Shown here piece by piece: positions 38,101 to 50,639 of a stretch of DNA of 64,000 nucleotides. Each line of letters opens with the position of its first letter. Positions within the stretch are counted from its first letter, which is position 1. Position numbers and translations under genes: made by a program. The stretch spans positions 67,272,001 to 67,336,000 of the forward strand of contig NC_086097.1 in the NCBI RefSeq assembly GCF_963921235.1, written 5' to 3'. Source of the stretch: Mobula hypostoma (lineage: Eukaryota). Below the pieces are notes generated by a model that saw only the letters and a list, made by a program, of their open reading frames with translations, was not told the origin of the DNA and did not search any database.

Positions 38101-39910
38101 GTACCTCTTCCTAGAGATGCTGCCTGGCCTGCTGCGTTCACCAGCAACTTTGATGTGTGTTGCTTGGGGGTTCTAAAAGAGTTAGCTGAAGGGATTGTGG
38201 AAGCATTAGTAATGATCTTTCAAGAATCAGTAGATTCCAGCATGGTTCTGGAGGACTGGAAAATTGCTAATGTCACTCCACTCTTCAAGAAGGGATAGAG
38301 GCAGAAGACAGGAAATTATAAGCCAATTAGCCTGATCTCAGTGGTTGGGAAGACGTTGGAGTCGTTTGTAAACGATGAGGTTTCAGGGTATATGGAGGCA
38401 CATGACCAAATAGACCAAAGTCAGCCTGGTTTTCTTTAAGGAAATATCTTGCCTGACAGAAATGACAAGCAGGATAGACAAAGGAGAATCAGTGGATGTT
38501 GTGTACATGGATTTTCAGAAGGCCTGTGACAAGGTGCCACACACGAGGCTGCTAAAGAAGATAAAAGCTCAGGGTATTACAGGAAAGATACTAGCTTGGA
38601 TAGAGCATTGACTGATTAGCAGCAGGCAAAGAGTGGAGATAAAGGGAGCCTTTTCTTATAGGCTGCGGTGAACAGTGGTGTTCTGCAGAGGTCTGTGATG
38701 GGACCACTTCTTTTTATGTTATATGTCAATGATTTAGATGATGGAATTGATGGCTTTATGGCCAAGTATGGAGAGGAAGCAATGATAGGTGGAGGGGCAG
38801 GTAGTTTTGAGGAAGCAGAGAGGCTGCAGAAGGACTTAGACAATTTAGGAGAATGGGCAAGGAGGTGGAAGATGGAGTCCAGTGTCAGGAAGTGTATGGT
38901 CATGCATTTTGGTAGAAGGAATAAAAGCCTAGTCTATTTTCTAAACAGGGAGAAAATTCAAAAATCTGAGTTACAAAATGATTTGGGAGTCCTCGTGCAG
39001 GTTAACTGGGAGGCTGAGCCACTGTTGAGGAAAGTGAATGCAATGTTAGCATTAATTTCAAGAGGACTAAAATATAAAAGCAATTATGTAATGCTGAGGC
39101 TGTATAAGACACGTTGTGAGGCCCTCAGTTGGAATATTGTGAGCAGTTTTGGGCCTCTTGGCTGAAAAGGATGTGCTGACATTGAAGAGGGTTCAGAGGA
39201 GGTTTACAAGAATGGTTCCAGGAATGAAAGACATCACATGAGCAGCAACTGAAGGCTCTGGACCTGCTGAAAGGCCTAGCTAGAGTGATTGTGAAGAGGA
39301 TGCTTCCTTTGGTGGGGGAGTCTAGGAGCAGACAGCACAGTAGCAAAATAGAGGGATGTCCATTTAGTATAGAGATGAGGAGGAATTTCTTTAGCCAGAG
39401 GGTGATGTATCTGTGGAATTCATTGCCACAGTTGGCTATGAAGGCCAGGTGCATTTAAGGCGGAGGTTGATAGGTCTTGATCAGTCAGGATGTGGAAGGA
39501 TATGGGGAGAAGGCAGGAGAATGGGGTTAAAGAGGAAATGGATTAGCCGTGATAAAATGGCGGAGTAGAGTGAATGGGCCGAATGGTCTAAGTCTGCACC
39601 TATGTCTTGTGGTCTAAACATTGTCAAATGGTTTCCATTCCAGAATTTTAAAAGTAGTGGCCTAGAGCATTGTAGGTGCCATGCTATAATTTTTCCAAAG
39701 TTCTCCTGAGTTGGGAAAATTTGCATTAAAAATGAGCATGTCTCTACCATTTAAAGGAAGATGGGAGAGGGAATCAGGTGAACTGTTAGCCAGTCTATTT
39801 CTTGTAAAAATACTGGGATCTATAACTAATGGTCAAAAATTAACTGCAGCCAAAGTGGATTTGTAATTTAATTTTAGTTATGAATGTACAATTAGAATTC
39901 ATTTGAGATA

Positions 39911-41180
39911 CGGTGGATTCTGGTTAGTTGGGGCAGCTGCTTATTTGGGACAACTCTTAAAGAAGAAAAGTAATCAAGAAAAGAGTTGCGATTCCCTTCA
40001 TTTATCTGAGACACAATGCGGCTTAATGAGGACAAGAGACTGTCACCGAACAGTTTCTAACTAGCGTCAGTCATGTGAACTTGTGTGGCCGTTTGATATT
40101 ACATCGTGCTTAGAGCAAACAGTTTTTCAATAGCATTCCATGTTTGTGTCCAAAAAGCAGTGATTTTGTCACTGACAGTTGGCAAGAAATAGGCAGCAAG
40201 ACCATTTAGAATTGTTTTGCTCACTGCACTTCCAGGCATTCAGGCTTGGAGATGCCAGAAATGGCCAGGTGTGAAACTGAAATGGTTTCACTTCTTCAAC
40301 AAGTTGGGAACTATGAAGTATCAACAATCACCTTGAATGTTACAATGAAGATTTGGAGGCTATAATCTTCAAAAGCATTCTATGAAGGTAGTCCATTATC
40401 TACACTAGGTGTCTGTGCTAATTTTGTTCATTTACAGTCAATCAATAGAACATGGCAGTGTGTTGGTTGTCCGTTGTAGCCGACGATAACAGTGAAACCT
40501 GTGCGGAAGAGTTTTAAAGTGGAAAAGCCTTTGCACTGCGACAGCTCCACTCTTTCGATATCAGAAGTCCAGGTCCAGTGGTACAAGTAGTCGTCACAAA
40601 TTGTGGTCTTCCTTGCATGCGGTGGGTAACCCTCATGACTTCTGTGCCTATCAAGTCCCTTGCTCCCCACAACGTGTTGTAGAACTGCCTTCCTGGTCGT
40701 CGCATCTCACTGTCCATCTCATCTGCCAAGTACGCTGGAGCTGCCTTCACGTGCAACGACTGCCGTGTGCCCACTTCACCGCGGTATGATGCCCGCCGGC
40801 TATCCTCACTTGCTTTAGCATGCCTATTGAAGCAGTCTACCAAGGTGCGGCTGCTGTCACATGCAAACAGCTATTTCAAGCCACAGGTGAGAGCTGTGTG
40901 TCCAGTGGTGACCGAAGGTGAGTGAGCTGCCCCAGAGTGGACATAACAAGCCCCTTCACCGGAGGTGCTACCACTCCCTGGACAGGGTAGCATAAGCTGG
41001 AAGACTATGAGGGACTAATACACAGTTCTATAGTGTTCTAATTTGTTGTGTATTTCATTAAATACATACTTTGTTACTCAGTTAAGCAGTAGTCTCTTTT
41101 TTACACCTTTTTAATTATTTCCATGAAACTTTGGCTAATTGGGGCAGCCACTTAATTAACCAGTTAACCAAAATCCACTG
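39911..41180. mobile_element. Non-autonomous Tigger/pogo-like (Tc1/mariner) element with internal insertion
   Basis: ta|cggtggattctggtta ... taaccaaaatccactg|ta: imperfect TIRs and TA TSD. Confidence 0.7.
40462..40988 (-). mobile_element. GC-richer insert, probably an RTE-type LINE 5' region or derived SINE
   Basis: Compositionally distinct block interrupting the Tigger-like element. It resembles RTE 5' leaders (ccactggacctggacttctga) from recall only. Confidence 0.4.
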
Positions 41181-41299
41181 TATATAAAATTCTTAATTTT
41201 ACCATTGAAAATGCCAGGGATAATTTAAATGAATAAACAAAAATCTGTTAAAAAAAGCTAAATATTTGGGAAATTGGATTTATATTGTAAATGAAGTTA

Positions 41300-42035
41300 T
41301 CTAAATGGGGAGAAAATTCAAACATCAGAGGTGCAGAGGGACTTAGGAGTCTCTGTGCAAGGCTCCCAGAAGGTTAATCTACGGGTTGAGTCTGTGGTAA
41401 AGGAGGCAAATGCAATGTTGGCATTTATTTCAAGGGGAATAGAATATAAAAGCAAGGAGATAATGTTGAAGCTTTATAAGACATTGGCCAAGCCACACTT
41501 GAAGTAAGGCCAACAGTTTTGGACCCATATCTCTGAAAGGATGTCATTGGAGAGAGTCCAGAGGAGATTCAGGAGGATGATTCCAGGAATGAAGGGGTTA
41601 ACATATGAGGAACGTTTGGCAGCTTTGGGCTGGAATTTAGAAGAATGAGGGGGGATCTCATTGAAACCTACCAAATGTTGAAAGGACTAGATAGGGTGGA
41701 TGTGGAGAGGATGTTCCCTATGGCGGGGGTATCCAGAACTAGAGAGCACAGCCTCAAGATTGAGGGGCGGCCTTTTAGAACAGTTATAAGGAAGAATTTA
41801 TTTAGCCAGAGAGTAATGAATCTGTGGAATGCTCTGCCATAGACTGCCGTGGAGGCCAAGTCTGTGAGTATATTTAAGGTGGAAGTTGATAGTTTCCTGA
41901 TTGGTCAGGGCATCAAAGGATATGGCGAGAAGGCTGGTGTATGGGGTTGAGTGGGATCTGGGAGCAGCCATGATGGAATGGTGGAGCAGAATGGATGGGC
42001 TGAATGGCCTAATTCTGCTCCTATGTCTTATGGAC
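41300..42035 (+). mobile_element. CR1 3' fragment
   Basis: MRGDLIETYQMLKGLDRVDVERMFP...FSQRVMNLWNALP, and a 3' end ggctgaatggcctaattctgctcctatgtcttatgg. Confidence 0.9.
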
Positions 42036-42469
42036 ATAGGTACTGCACGTATATTTTACTCAAATACCTTATAAGAGTTTGTATGACTGGAAAGGTAACT
42101 AACATACAAGAAAGATGGTTGTGATATAAGAGTATCACTAGGAACTTTAAGGGCTGGATGCAATTTTATTGAACGATCAATGATAGGTTCCACTTCTGAT
42201 CATAGCAATGTATTAATGATTTGAATTTGTACACAGGGGACATGATTTTGAAGAAGGACTTTAGTCTGAAAAGAAAGTGGTGAAGGAAGCTAGGATCTTA
42301 CCAGGTTTTGGAGTTTAGGATACTTCATCATCTCTTAAATCTGTTAAAAATATAAACATAATTTTAAAATATACTTGCACTCAAAACAATTATAAGGTAA
42401 AAAGTGACAGAGAAATAACTTCACTGCTAGCGGCTGGCTCTCCCATTCATGTGAATGGTGTATGGCAGT

Positions 42470-43525
42470 GTTTGGGCCAGGTTCACTGTGCAGCTGGGTG
42501 CTGGACATCCTAACCAACAGACCTCAGATAGTCAGCATGCACAAGTGTTCCTCCCTCCCCAACATCCTCGAGACAGGTGGCCCCCAGGTCTGTGTGCTGA
42601 ACCCACTGCCCTACACTCTGCTCACACCCGACTGCATTGCCAGACGCCCAAGTAATCACATTGTTAAGTTGAGCAGTGACACGATGGCAGTGGTGGGCTC
42701 ATCACCAACAATGATGAGATGGTCTACAGGGAGGAGATGGGAGAGCTTGAGGCCTGGTGCCCAGCAAATAACCCCTTCCTCAATGTTAACAAGACAAAGG
42801 TTATGGTTATTAACCAGAAGAACTTGCACTACCCACTCCCCTCTTTACATCAGCAGCAGTGAGCAGTTTCAAACTCCTGAGAGGGCACATCTAGTACAAC
42901 GTTTCATGGTCTCAGAACACATCCTACACAATCAGGAAAGCTCACCAATGCCTCTACTTTCTATGGAGGCTGAAGAGGGCTGGACTACGTATATCTAAAC
43001 TCACTTCATGCTACAGATGCAGAGTAAAGAGCATTCTTACAAGTTGTTTTCCTGCATAGAGTGGAAACTGCACTCCAGTGGACAGGAGGGCTTTACAACA
43101 GGTAGCCAAAACTGCCCAACATATCACTGGCTCCAGCCTACCCACCATCAAGGACATATATACAGAAAAGTGCAGGGAAAAGGCCAGTAATATCATGAAG
43201 GATCCCACCAACCCAGCTCATGGACTGTTTGCCCCACTCCCACCGGGCAGGAGGTTACGTAGAATATATGCTAGGACCACCAGACTCAAAAACAATTACT
43301 TTCCACAAGCAGTAAGGCTGCATCCCTCCACATCGCCAACTACCACTACTTTATCATTTCCCTGTCAGTCACCTTATGTACAGACACTCTGGGCATACAA
43401 TCAATCTGTGTAAGTAAACTATCTTATGTATTTTTATCTATTGTATTTTTTATTACCATGTTATTTATCTTGCTGTGCTTTTTTGTAATGCATTGGATTT
43501 GGTTTAATGTCATTAAACAATCTTG
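42470..43525 (+). mobile_element. Rex1/Babar LINE, 5'-truncated, decayed
   Basis: LCSWVLDILTNRPQIV, TGGPQVCVLNPLPYTLLTPDC and LPPGRRLRRIYARTTRLKNNYFPQAVR. Confidence 0.85.
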
Positions 43526-43534
43526 AACCTTTAA

Positions 43535-44310
43535 CCTGGTACAGAAGCAAAATGCAGCAAATACTGGAGATCTGGAAAAAAGGTAGAAAAATTTGGAAGT
43601 ATTTAGCAGGCTTGGAAAGAGAAATACCCTCCACTCTCTTTCCTCTTCAATATTATGAAGGGACCATTACCTTTATGGCTTCCTGGTCTGTTCTTCCATC
43701 TTAACCACCTTCCTCGCTTCGCATGCAAATATAGCAGCTACAACAATTGTATTTTTACCTCCCCTTCTTCAGACATTCAGAAGCCCTTCTTCCAGATGAG
43801 TAAACTATATCCAGTGGCCATTACCTGGTTTTCTGTACTTCGGGGAATGCAGCTTCATTCAGTCCACAAGGGGGAGCCTTGCTTTCCAATTGTCTCACAT
43901 TTTAATCTTCTGTCCCATTCCCACTCTCAATTATTTGTCTCAGATTTCCTAACTCAAATAACAGCGTCTCATCTTCCGCTGAATTCAGTAATTTCAAAAA
44001 GCCAGCAAACCCAGTTTTGCAACTCACATTTCTGGTATTCAGTTTCTGAATTCATTTTTAGCTTAGTCATTTATCAGCCTTTTACACCTCATTTCTCCTG
44101 AGTTTTTCAATCTCTCCTGGTCTCTAGCCTATCATAGAAATTCTCATTTGTTCTTTGAACCTCCAGACCCTTCTGTGATTTACAACTTGTTGCATTTCCA
44201 ACTTTAGTCAGTTCTGATGGTAGATAGTAAACCTAAAACATTAATTTTGCTGCTCCCTTCGCAGATGCAACCAGACCTGCTGAGTATCTCTATCATTTGC
44301 AGTTTTTTCC
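43535..44310 (+). mobile_element. Ancient Penelope-like remnant with short inverted tail
   Basis: Inverted tail at ~43545, weak GIY-YIG-region similarity (cacattttaatcttctgtcccattcccactct), and a decayed hammerhead-like tail (gttctgatgg...cctaaaacattaa). Confidence 0.55.
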
Positions 44311-46396
44311 CTCTGTTTCTCCTGTACTGTATTTTGACTGGTTGCAGATTCTTTGGAATACTTGGAAGCTTGTGTTGAGTTCATGCAGCTCTCAGAGGAC
44401 TCCATAAGACATACAGAGGTAGCTGCATTCCCAGCAGTAGAATGTGGGATCTGTTGTTTACCTAGACCTTTGCCTGCACTGGAAAATAGGGCTTCACTAA
44501 GTCCTGGGTTACAGGTCTGTACAAGTATTTGAGCAGAATATTCGCAAAGATTCAAACCATGTGGACTGTAGGCAAAGATGGGAAGGATTGCTATGTCTGA
44601 GAACTGTCGAGAGAAAATATAGGTTAGAGAATAGCCAGCAATCGTAAATATAGAATCCTATATTTGCAAATGTTAAAATATGACTTCTTTCTCACTCCTA
44701 ACCAAATTAGTCTCTCTTGAGATATGCAGCTTCCTGCTCATGAATAAATATACTGTATTCAATAATTTTGTGATTTATTTTCCATTTACCTGTACTCTTT
44801 TATGAAATGCTGCAAATTTTATAATGACTAATACAAAATTAATTTCTACTTCCCTTGGGGAATGTTTTAGATTATATTTATTATCTCTCTCACCTCATAT
44901 TATTTTTGCTCCAGGCTGTTTTACTAAACTGTTTTTTACAACAATATACATGCATAGTGGAAGAAATGAGCTACATTGGACATTTCCTGATGGAAACAGC
45001 AGTTCTTGTTCTTTGGGTGTGAAATGAGCTTTATTTTTCTAAAACTTGGTGAACTACTTTCATTAATTTTGTTTGTGCCCACTATACAATGACATTAGTA
45101 TAGCATTTTAGCTTAAAACTTTATGTCCAACATACTAGCACCACAGTGTTCTCAATTATAAAACAATTGCTGCCTTCAACATTTTAAGCTGTTAATTTCT
45201 AGAGCAATGGTAGATTTCTCTGTGGAGATTTACAAACCATTTGTAGAATGTTAGGAATATGTGGCCTAGTATGTGTTAAACTGCTAGCAAACCAACCACA
45301 GCTGCCAAAACAATGGACGTGTCTCCAAATTGAATCCTGTTCTGGAAAATACAGGTTTTACATTTTTTTAATACCCTTGAAAGCAGCTGTTTGTTTAAAC
45401 TTAAAGTCGTCTAGTACGCTCTTTTACCCAAAAATACGGGGATTGAAGTCTGGACTGGGAAGCAATTCTGCAGAGTTCTGCCATCATCAGAAAACAAAGA
45501 GGCTGACACAGTGAGCTTGTTGCTTAAGGGCGATGATACTAAGGAAATAGTCGTTACTGGTGAGGCTGTCATTGGGGAAGCCTAAAGAAAAACTGCAGTC
45601 TTTAGAGATCTACATGTGCTGGGCTTCCAATTTTCATTTAAAAATGTATTATTTCACCAAAATGTTATGACAGTAACTTTTGAATGTACTGTACAGTAAG
45701 CTGTAACTGCTGGGAGCTGAGCAGGTCAATTTTATTGATGAATGAAAGAACACAAAACTAATCCCAGCTCATCATCTCAGTAGCAGTTTTCTTTGTGGCA
45801 GGAAAACACAATATCAGCCCAGGCTATTATACAGTAAATCACCACACTCCAATGTGTATTCGCCCTTGTCGATTTTGTGGACTTAACTTTCATCAGTTCA
45901 GAGACTCTTAAAGAAAGAAACAGCTGTATAAAGGCATGGTATGAATTCATTGTAAAACTACACATTCAGTGCGACTATAATTATAATTTAAAAACTTGCA
46001 ATAACTCTATTACTCTGCAAAGCTGGATACCCAAGGGTAAAGATAAGATTTGGATCAGGGAAGCTGGAATTTAATTAAAGTTGTAATTAAAGGAGTTTTG
46101 AATGCATTGCATAAATAAATATATCTTTATTAATCATTTAGTAGAACTTTGGGGAAATCCTCTATTGCAAATAGCTGCATGTGAATCATTTATTTGGTTA
46201 ACTACAAAGACACAATGGGGAATATAAACAGGACATTGTGTAATTGAGGTGAAGAACCAACCAGTGTCAAAGGTACAGCTATTAAGACTGCTCAGTGATG
46301 GAGCTAAACTTGCCTTCATCTGCCTCACAATATATTAAAACCTGTAATCTGAATGATGAATTTCATCCACACCTCATTATGCCTTGCTTTCAAATA

Positions 46397-47612
46397 TTAT
46401 ACTTTATACTTTATTGTCGCCAAATAATTGATACTAGAACGTACAATCATCACAGCGATATTTGATTCTGCGCTTCGCACTCCCTGGAGTACAAATCGAT
46501 AGTAAATAGTAAAAATTTAAATTATAAATCATAAATATAAAATAGAAAAGTGAAAGTTAGGTAGTGCTAAAAAACCAAGTGGCAGGTCCAGATATTTGGA
46601 GGGTACGGCCCAGATCCGGTCAGGATCCATTCAGCAGTCTTATCACAGTTGGAAAGAAGCTGTTCCCAAATCTGGCCGTATGAGTCTTCAAGCTCCTGAG
46701 CCTTCTCGCAGAGGGAAGAGGGACGAAAAGTGTGTTGGCTGGGTGGGTCATGTCCTTGATTATCCTGGCAGCTCTGCTCCGAAAGCGCGCTGTGTAAAGT
46801 GAGTCGAAGGACAGAAGGTTGGTTTATGTGTTGTGCTGGGCCGTGTTCACGATCTTCTGCAGCTTCTTTCGGTCTTGGACAGGACAACTTCCATACCGGG
46901 TTGTGATGCCCCCTAGAAGAATGCTTTCTACGGTGCATCTATAAAAATTAGTGAGGGTTTTAGGAGACAGGCCAAATTTATTTAGCTTTCTCAGGAAGTA
47001 AAGGCGCTGGTGGGCCTTCTTGGCAGTGGACTCTGCTTGGTTGACCAAGTCAAGTCATTTGTGATATTGACCCCGAGGAACTTAAAGCTTTTGACCTGTT
47101 CCACTTGTGCACCATCGATGTAAATGGAGTTGTGCGGTCCGCTACTCCTTCTGAAGTCAACAACCAATTCCTTCGTCTTGCTGATGTTGAGGGATAGGTT
47201 ATTGTCTTCGCACCATGCCGCCAGGTTCTTAATTTCCTCTCTGTACTCAAACTCATCATTACCCGAGATACGGCCTACAATTTGTGGTGTCATCAGGAAA
47301 CTTATATATTGAGTTTGATGGAAACTTGGCTACACAATCATGGGTGTACAGTGAGTGCAGCAGGGGGCTGAGCACACAGCCTTGCGGGGCACCGGTGCTC
47401 AGAATGATTGTAGAGGAGAGCTTGTCCCCGATTTTTACAGCCTGGGTCCTGTCTGAGGAAGTTGAAGATCCAGCTGCAGATTTCAATGCTAAGGCCCAGG
47501 TTCCGGAGCTTAGAGATCAGTTTATTTGGAATGATGGCATTAAAGGCAGAGCTGTAGTCAATGAAAAGGAGCCTTACATATGCGTCTTTATTCTCCAGGT
47601 GTTCTAAGGAGG
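46397..47612 (-). mobile_element. Rex1/Babar LINE, 5'-truncated
   Basis: YVRLLFIDYSSAFN, TGAPQGCVLSPLL, KFPDDTT, KAHQRLYFLRKL, and an (ataaagt)n-like tail. Confidence 0.9.
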
Positions 47613-47764
47613 AACGTAGGAGGAATTGACTCCATTTTCCAAACTTTTCACTTATTTTCATGTTACAATTGGAGATCACTTCTTTTGTCAAATAAGTGGA
47701 CAGATGCAGCGGCCTCCACAACTGCAACTAGGGATGCCATGTCTAGGAGATGAAACTAATGATT

Positions 47765-48955
47765 GCTGGACACCCTAAGCACATTGCTGTAAGAATGCCA
47801 CCACGATAATCCGCTCTGCGTCTTGACGTCAGTCGCTAACGTCCCGGTCCAGTCCTGAGGCTCCACCGCGCTCTCCACCACGAGGCTGTACTGTGCTCTC
47901 TCCTTCCGCCCGACGGGAACACAGTCCTGTCTTCACCACTACTGTATTAGGTATTGTATATTATACTGCATACAACAATCAGAGACCATCTGAACTGGCT
48001 TGGAATTAGCCCCACTCCTGGTACCAAATTTTGCAGCCTGGGGAAAAGTACACACTCGGGACAACAAATACTTTTTCGGGTTTTAATTCCTCTATCTGTT
48101 TTAGATGTTTAAGTACCAGAAGAGGGTCGCAAAACAAAACGAATGAATTTACAACCAGTTCTTGCCATTACAATCTCAGTTTAACTTTCGATTCACACCC
48201 TTGAGTATGGACAGAATTGCGTATGCAGCATAAAAAATACCAGAACTAATACGGTACTAATACGGTAGTGGCAATCCTGAAGGAACACAATACAAGCAAC
48301 ATTAGAATTTCCCCAACCCTGTATCTTATACATAGCAACGAAAAATGTAAGCGAATACATCTCATCTAAGACATACACACGTGCTGAACTTCCGAACAGA
48401 GACTAAACATTCACGTTACGCTGTCACATGCACAATTAGTCATGATACAATAAAGTTAGACAAAAGGTACACTTTGGCACAACTTTTACAGGGTATTGCC
48501 TGGTAGTTAAATTACAGGAAGACTGACCTACTTGGATGGTGAGGAACTCTGCACAAGCCACGCGATCCAGCGTTAAGGCTTTTACTCGAGAAAATCTAAA
48601 GCATCCACATGTAAAACATGTCAAATTACCGATATTCTTGATTCACCAACAAACATAAACGAATTCACATGGATATCGTCAATTAATGCTCACCTTTCCT
48701 CACCATGCCCAGTCTTGGGGAGGAACTCAATTCCAATGCCCCACCAGCTTCTTCAGCAGAAAACAAAATGTTCTCCCTACTCTCCCACACGTGCGTAATG
48801 ACATCACTGTCTCCCTTAAAGGCACAGACAACTATTCTAGCATTACCCGGATGGATGCCTAAGTACACTTTTAACAATACTGAACAAGATCCGACGGTCA
48901 CCCGGTTACAGCTGGACACCCGAAGCACATTGCTATAAGAATGCCACCATGATAA
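47765..48955. repeat. 45-bp direct repeat pair (47765-47809 and 48911-48955) bounding a 1.1-kb unique segment
   Basis: gctggacaccc(t/g)aagcacattgct(g/a)taagaatgccacca(c/t)gataa, 3 mismatches. Confidence 0.9.
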
Positions 48956-50639
48956 AGTAGATCTGCTATTAAACCACAAGTACTCTACCTGAGCAAATTA
49001 CAAAAAAAAGAGGCATATGTAAAAATAGGTGATGAGGTTCGGAGAGAATTGGTAAATTAGAGAGCACTGGAAGTCATATACTGCAATATCACATTGCATG
49101 ATAAATTCTTATTGATTTGACCTGATGCAGAACAAATACAAATTTATGCTCCTTCCTCCATTATCACAAAGTTAACATCAGTCAGGTCTAATCACGCTAT
49201 TCATTACATACAAGTGAGCCTAAGTATGAGTGTGATGAACAATAGCGGAATCTTGATACTGCAGACTGAACTTCTTAAAGGGAAAGTGCTCAGACCCTAT
49301 AACTGGAGATGAACAGGTTTTGTGAGCTTGGCAGAAGTCATGGCAGAGTGTGGTCATGTCAGGCATCAATGTTCAGAACACTTTAGTAGATGAGGTGGAG
49401 ATAAGAGGAGAAGACGTCTACCAATGGACCCCAGAACACCTACGTGAAGTAGCGGGTGGAAGTTTTGGGTGTAGTGCTACAAGAGCTTAATAACCTTGAC
49501 TGTGAACATGTCATCAAATAATCTCCCAGCAACTACATCTCTAGTTTCACACCCTGCTCCACACTATACTGTACATGCCAATATAAATCCCCATCAATTA
49601 CAAATTCCACCTGAAGTTTATATTCCACAGCACAATCAACACTCTTGCCACTGATTGGGTTAAGCTGTTCTCCGATCTTGGCAATTTATTCTGAAACATT
49701 TCGTCACCATCCGAGAAGACATCCTCGGTGCACTGTTGATTGTGGTGTGTCCTCTGAATGCTTTGCTTTTATATACTTTTCATTCAGCTGATTGACGTTG
49801 TTTTTGAAACTCATTTGTAATGTGGGGAGGAAATTTCATCTCTGATTGGCTGTGTGGCAAACTTTGTGCGTTGTGGTCTGGAATTTTGCCCACATCGGCT
49901 CATGAACAGGATCAAGGTTTATGTGTTTGCTTACAAAATTGTTTGCGGAAAACCTCACTTCTGGAATTCCGTTGCATGCCGTGTGTTTACTTGCTGCATA
50001 AAGTTCACTAATGCCCAGTGAAATTTGTGCCCTGCTTGATCTTCATTGGTAGAGGTGAGGGAGAGTTGGAGCTTTACAGCCAGCTCAGGCTCATGGATCC
50101 TTGCACGTAGCTTTCACCTAGTTTGGCTGACGTAATATTTGCTGTAGATCACATTAGTCTCGTCTAATAGCTTTGTTTGTTCTTTTAGTTGGCAAGAACA
50201 TAAAAATTCAGTCATGCACAAGCCAATGGCAACGTTGAGGCAACTACTTTGAACACAAAATTCTAAGCTCAAGCAAGCATACTACCAAATGAGGTACAGT
50301 TTACACCGCTTTGAACGTTACACAAAATGAGTTAAAAAAAAGACAGGGATTGATAGGTTAAAATTTGTTGTCAGTAAAGGTAGGTTTTGCTTTGTGTAGA
50401 ATATTTGATGGATTCTATATTTGTGTAGAAGATTTGATGAATTTAAACTCCTTAAAGAACAATAGTATTGATTTTCCTAATGATTCTTACAGTAATTACT
50501 GCTATATGTGTTCTTTTAATGAAAAAGTCTTCAATTCTTTGTAGTCACTTTCACAACTTTCTCTTTTCAAAACCAACATATTTTAATTAAATGCCGACTG
50601 TGGAGGTTTTTCTTTGCAGTAAATTCAAAAATTGGAAAA

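Larger units (their letters stand above)
35632..38167 (+). mobile_element. Penelope-like element with inverted 5' pseudo-LTR (minus 35632-~36287, plus ~36288-38167)
   Basis: RT (RYIDD; ORF 36269-37447) plus GIY-YIG (37444-37770), with a frameshift at the C-run near 37262. 14-bp TSD gggttctaaaagag at 35618-35631 and 38168-38181. Confidence 0.95.
31260..39620 (+). mobile_element. Old near-full-length CR1 (ORF1 plus ORF2), decayed, hosting two nested insertions
   Basis: ORF1 remnants (CSLCEM..CTR..ELQLLREHVKELELQLDD; VHIGTNN esterase-like block). ORF2 start LKVLYLNAHCIQNK...YDIVGITGSWL with an internal deletion near 32870. RT remnants at 35191-35631 and 38168-39480, and a CR1 3' end at ~39615. 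Confidence 0.85.
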
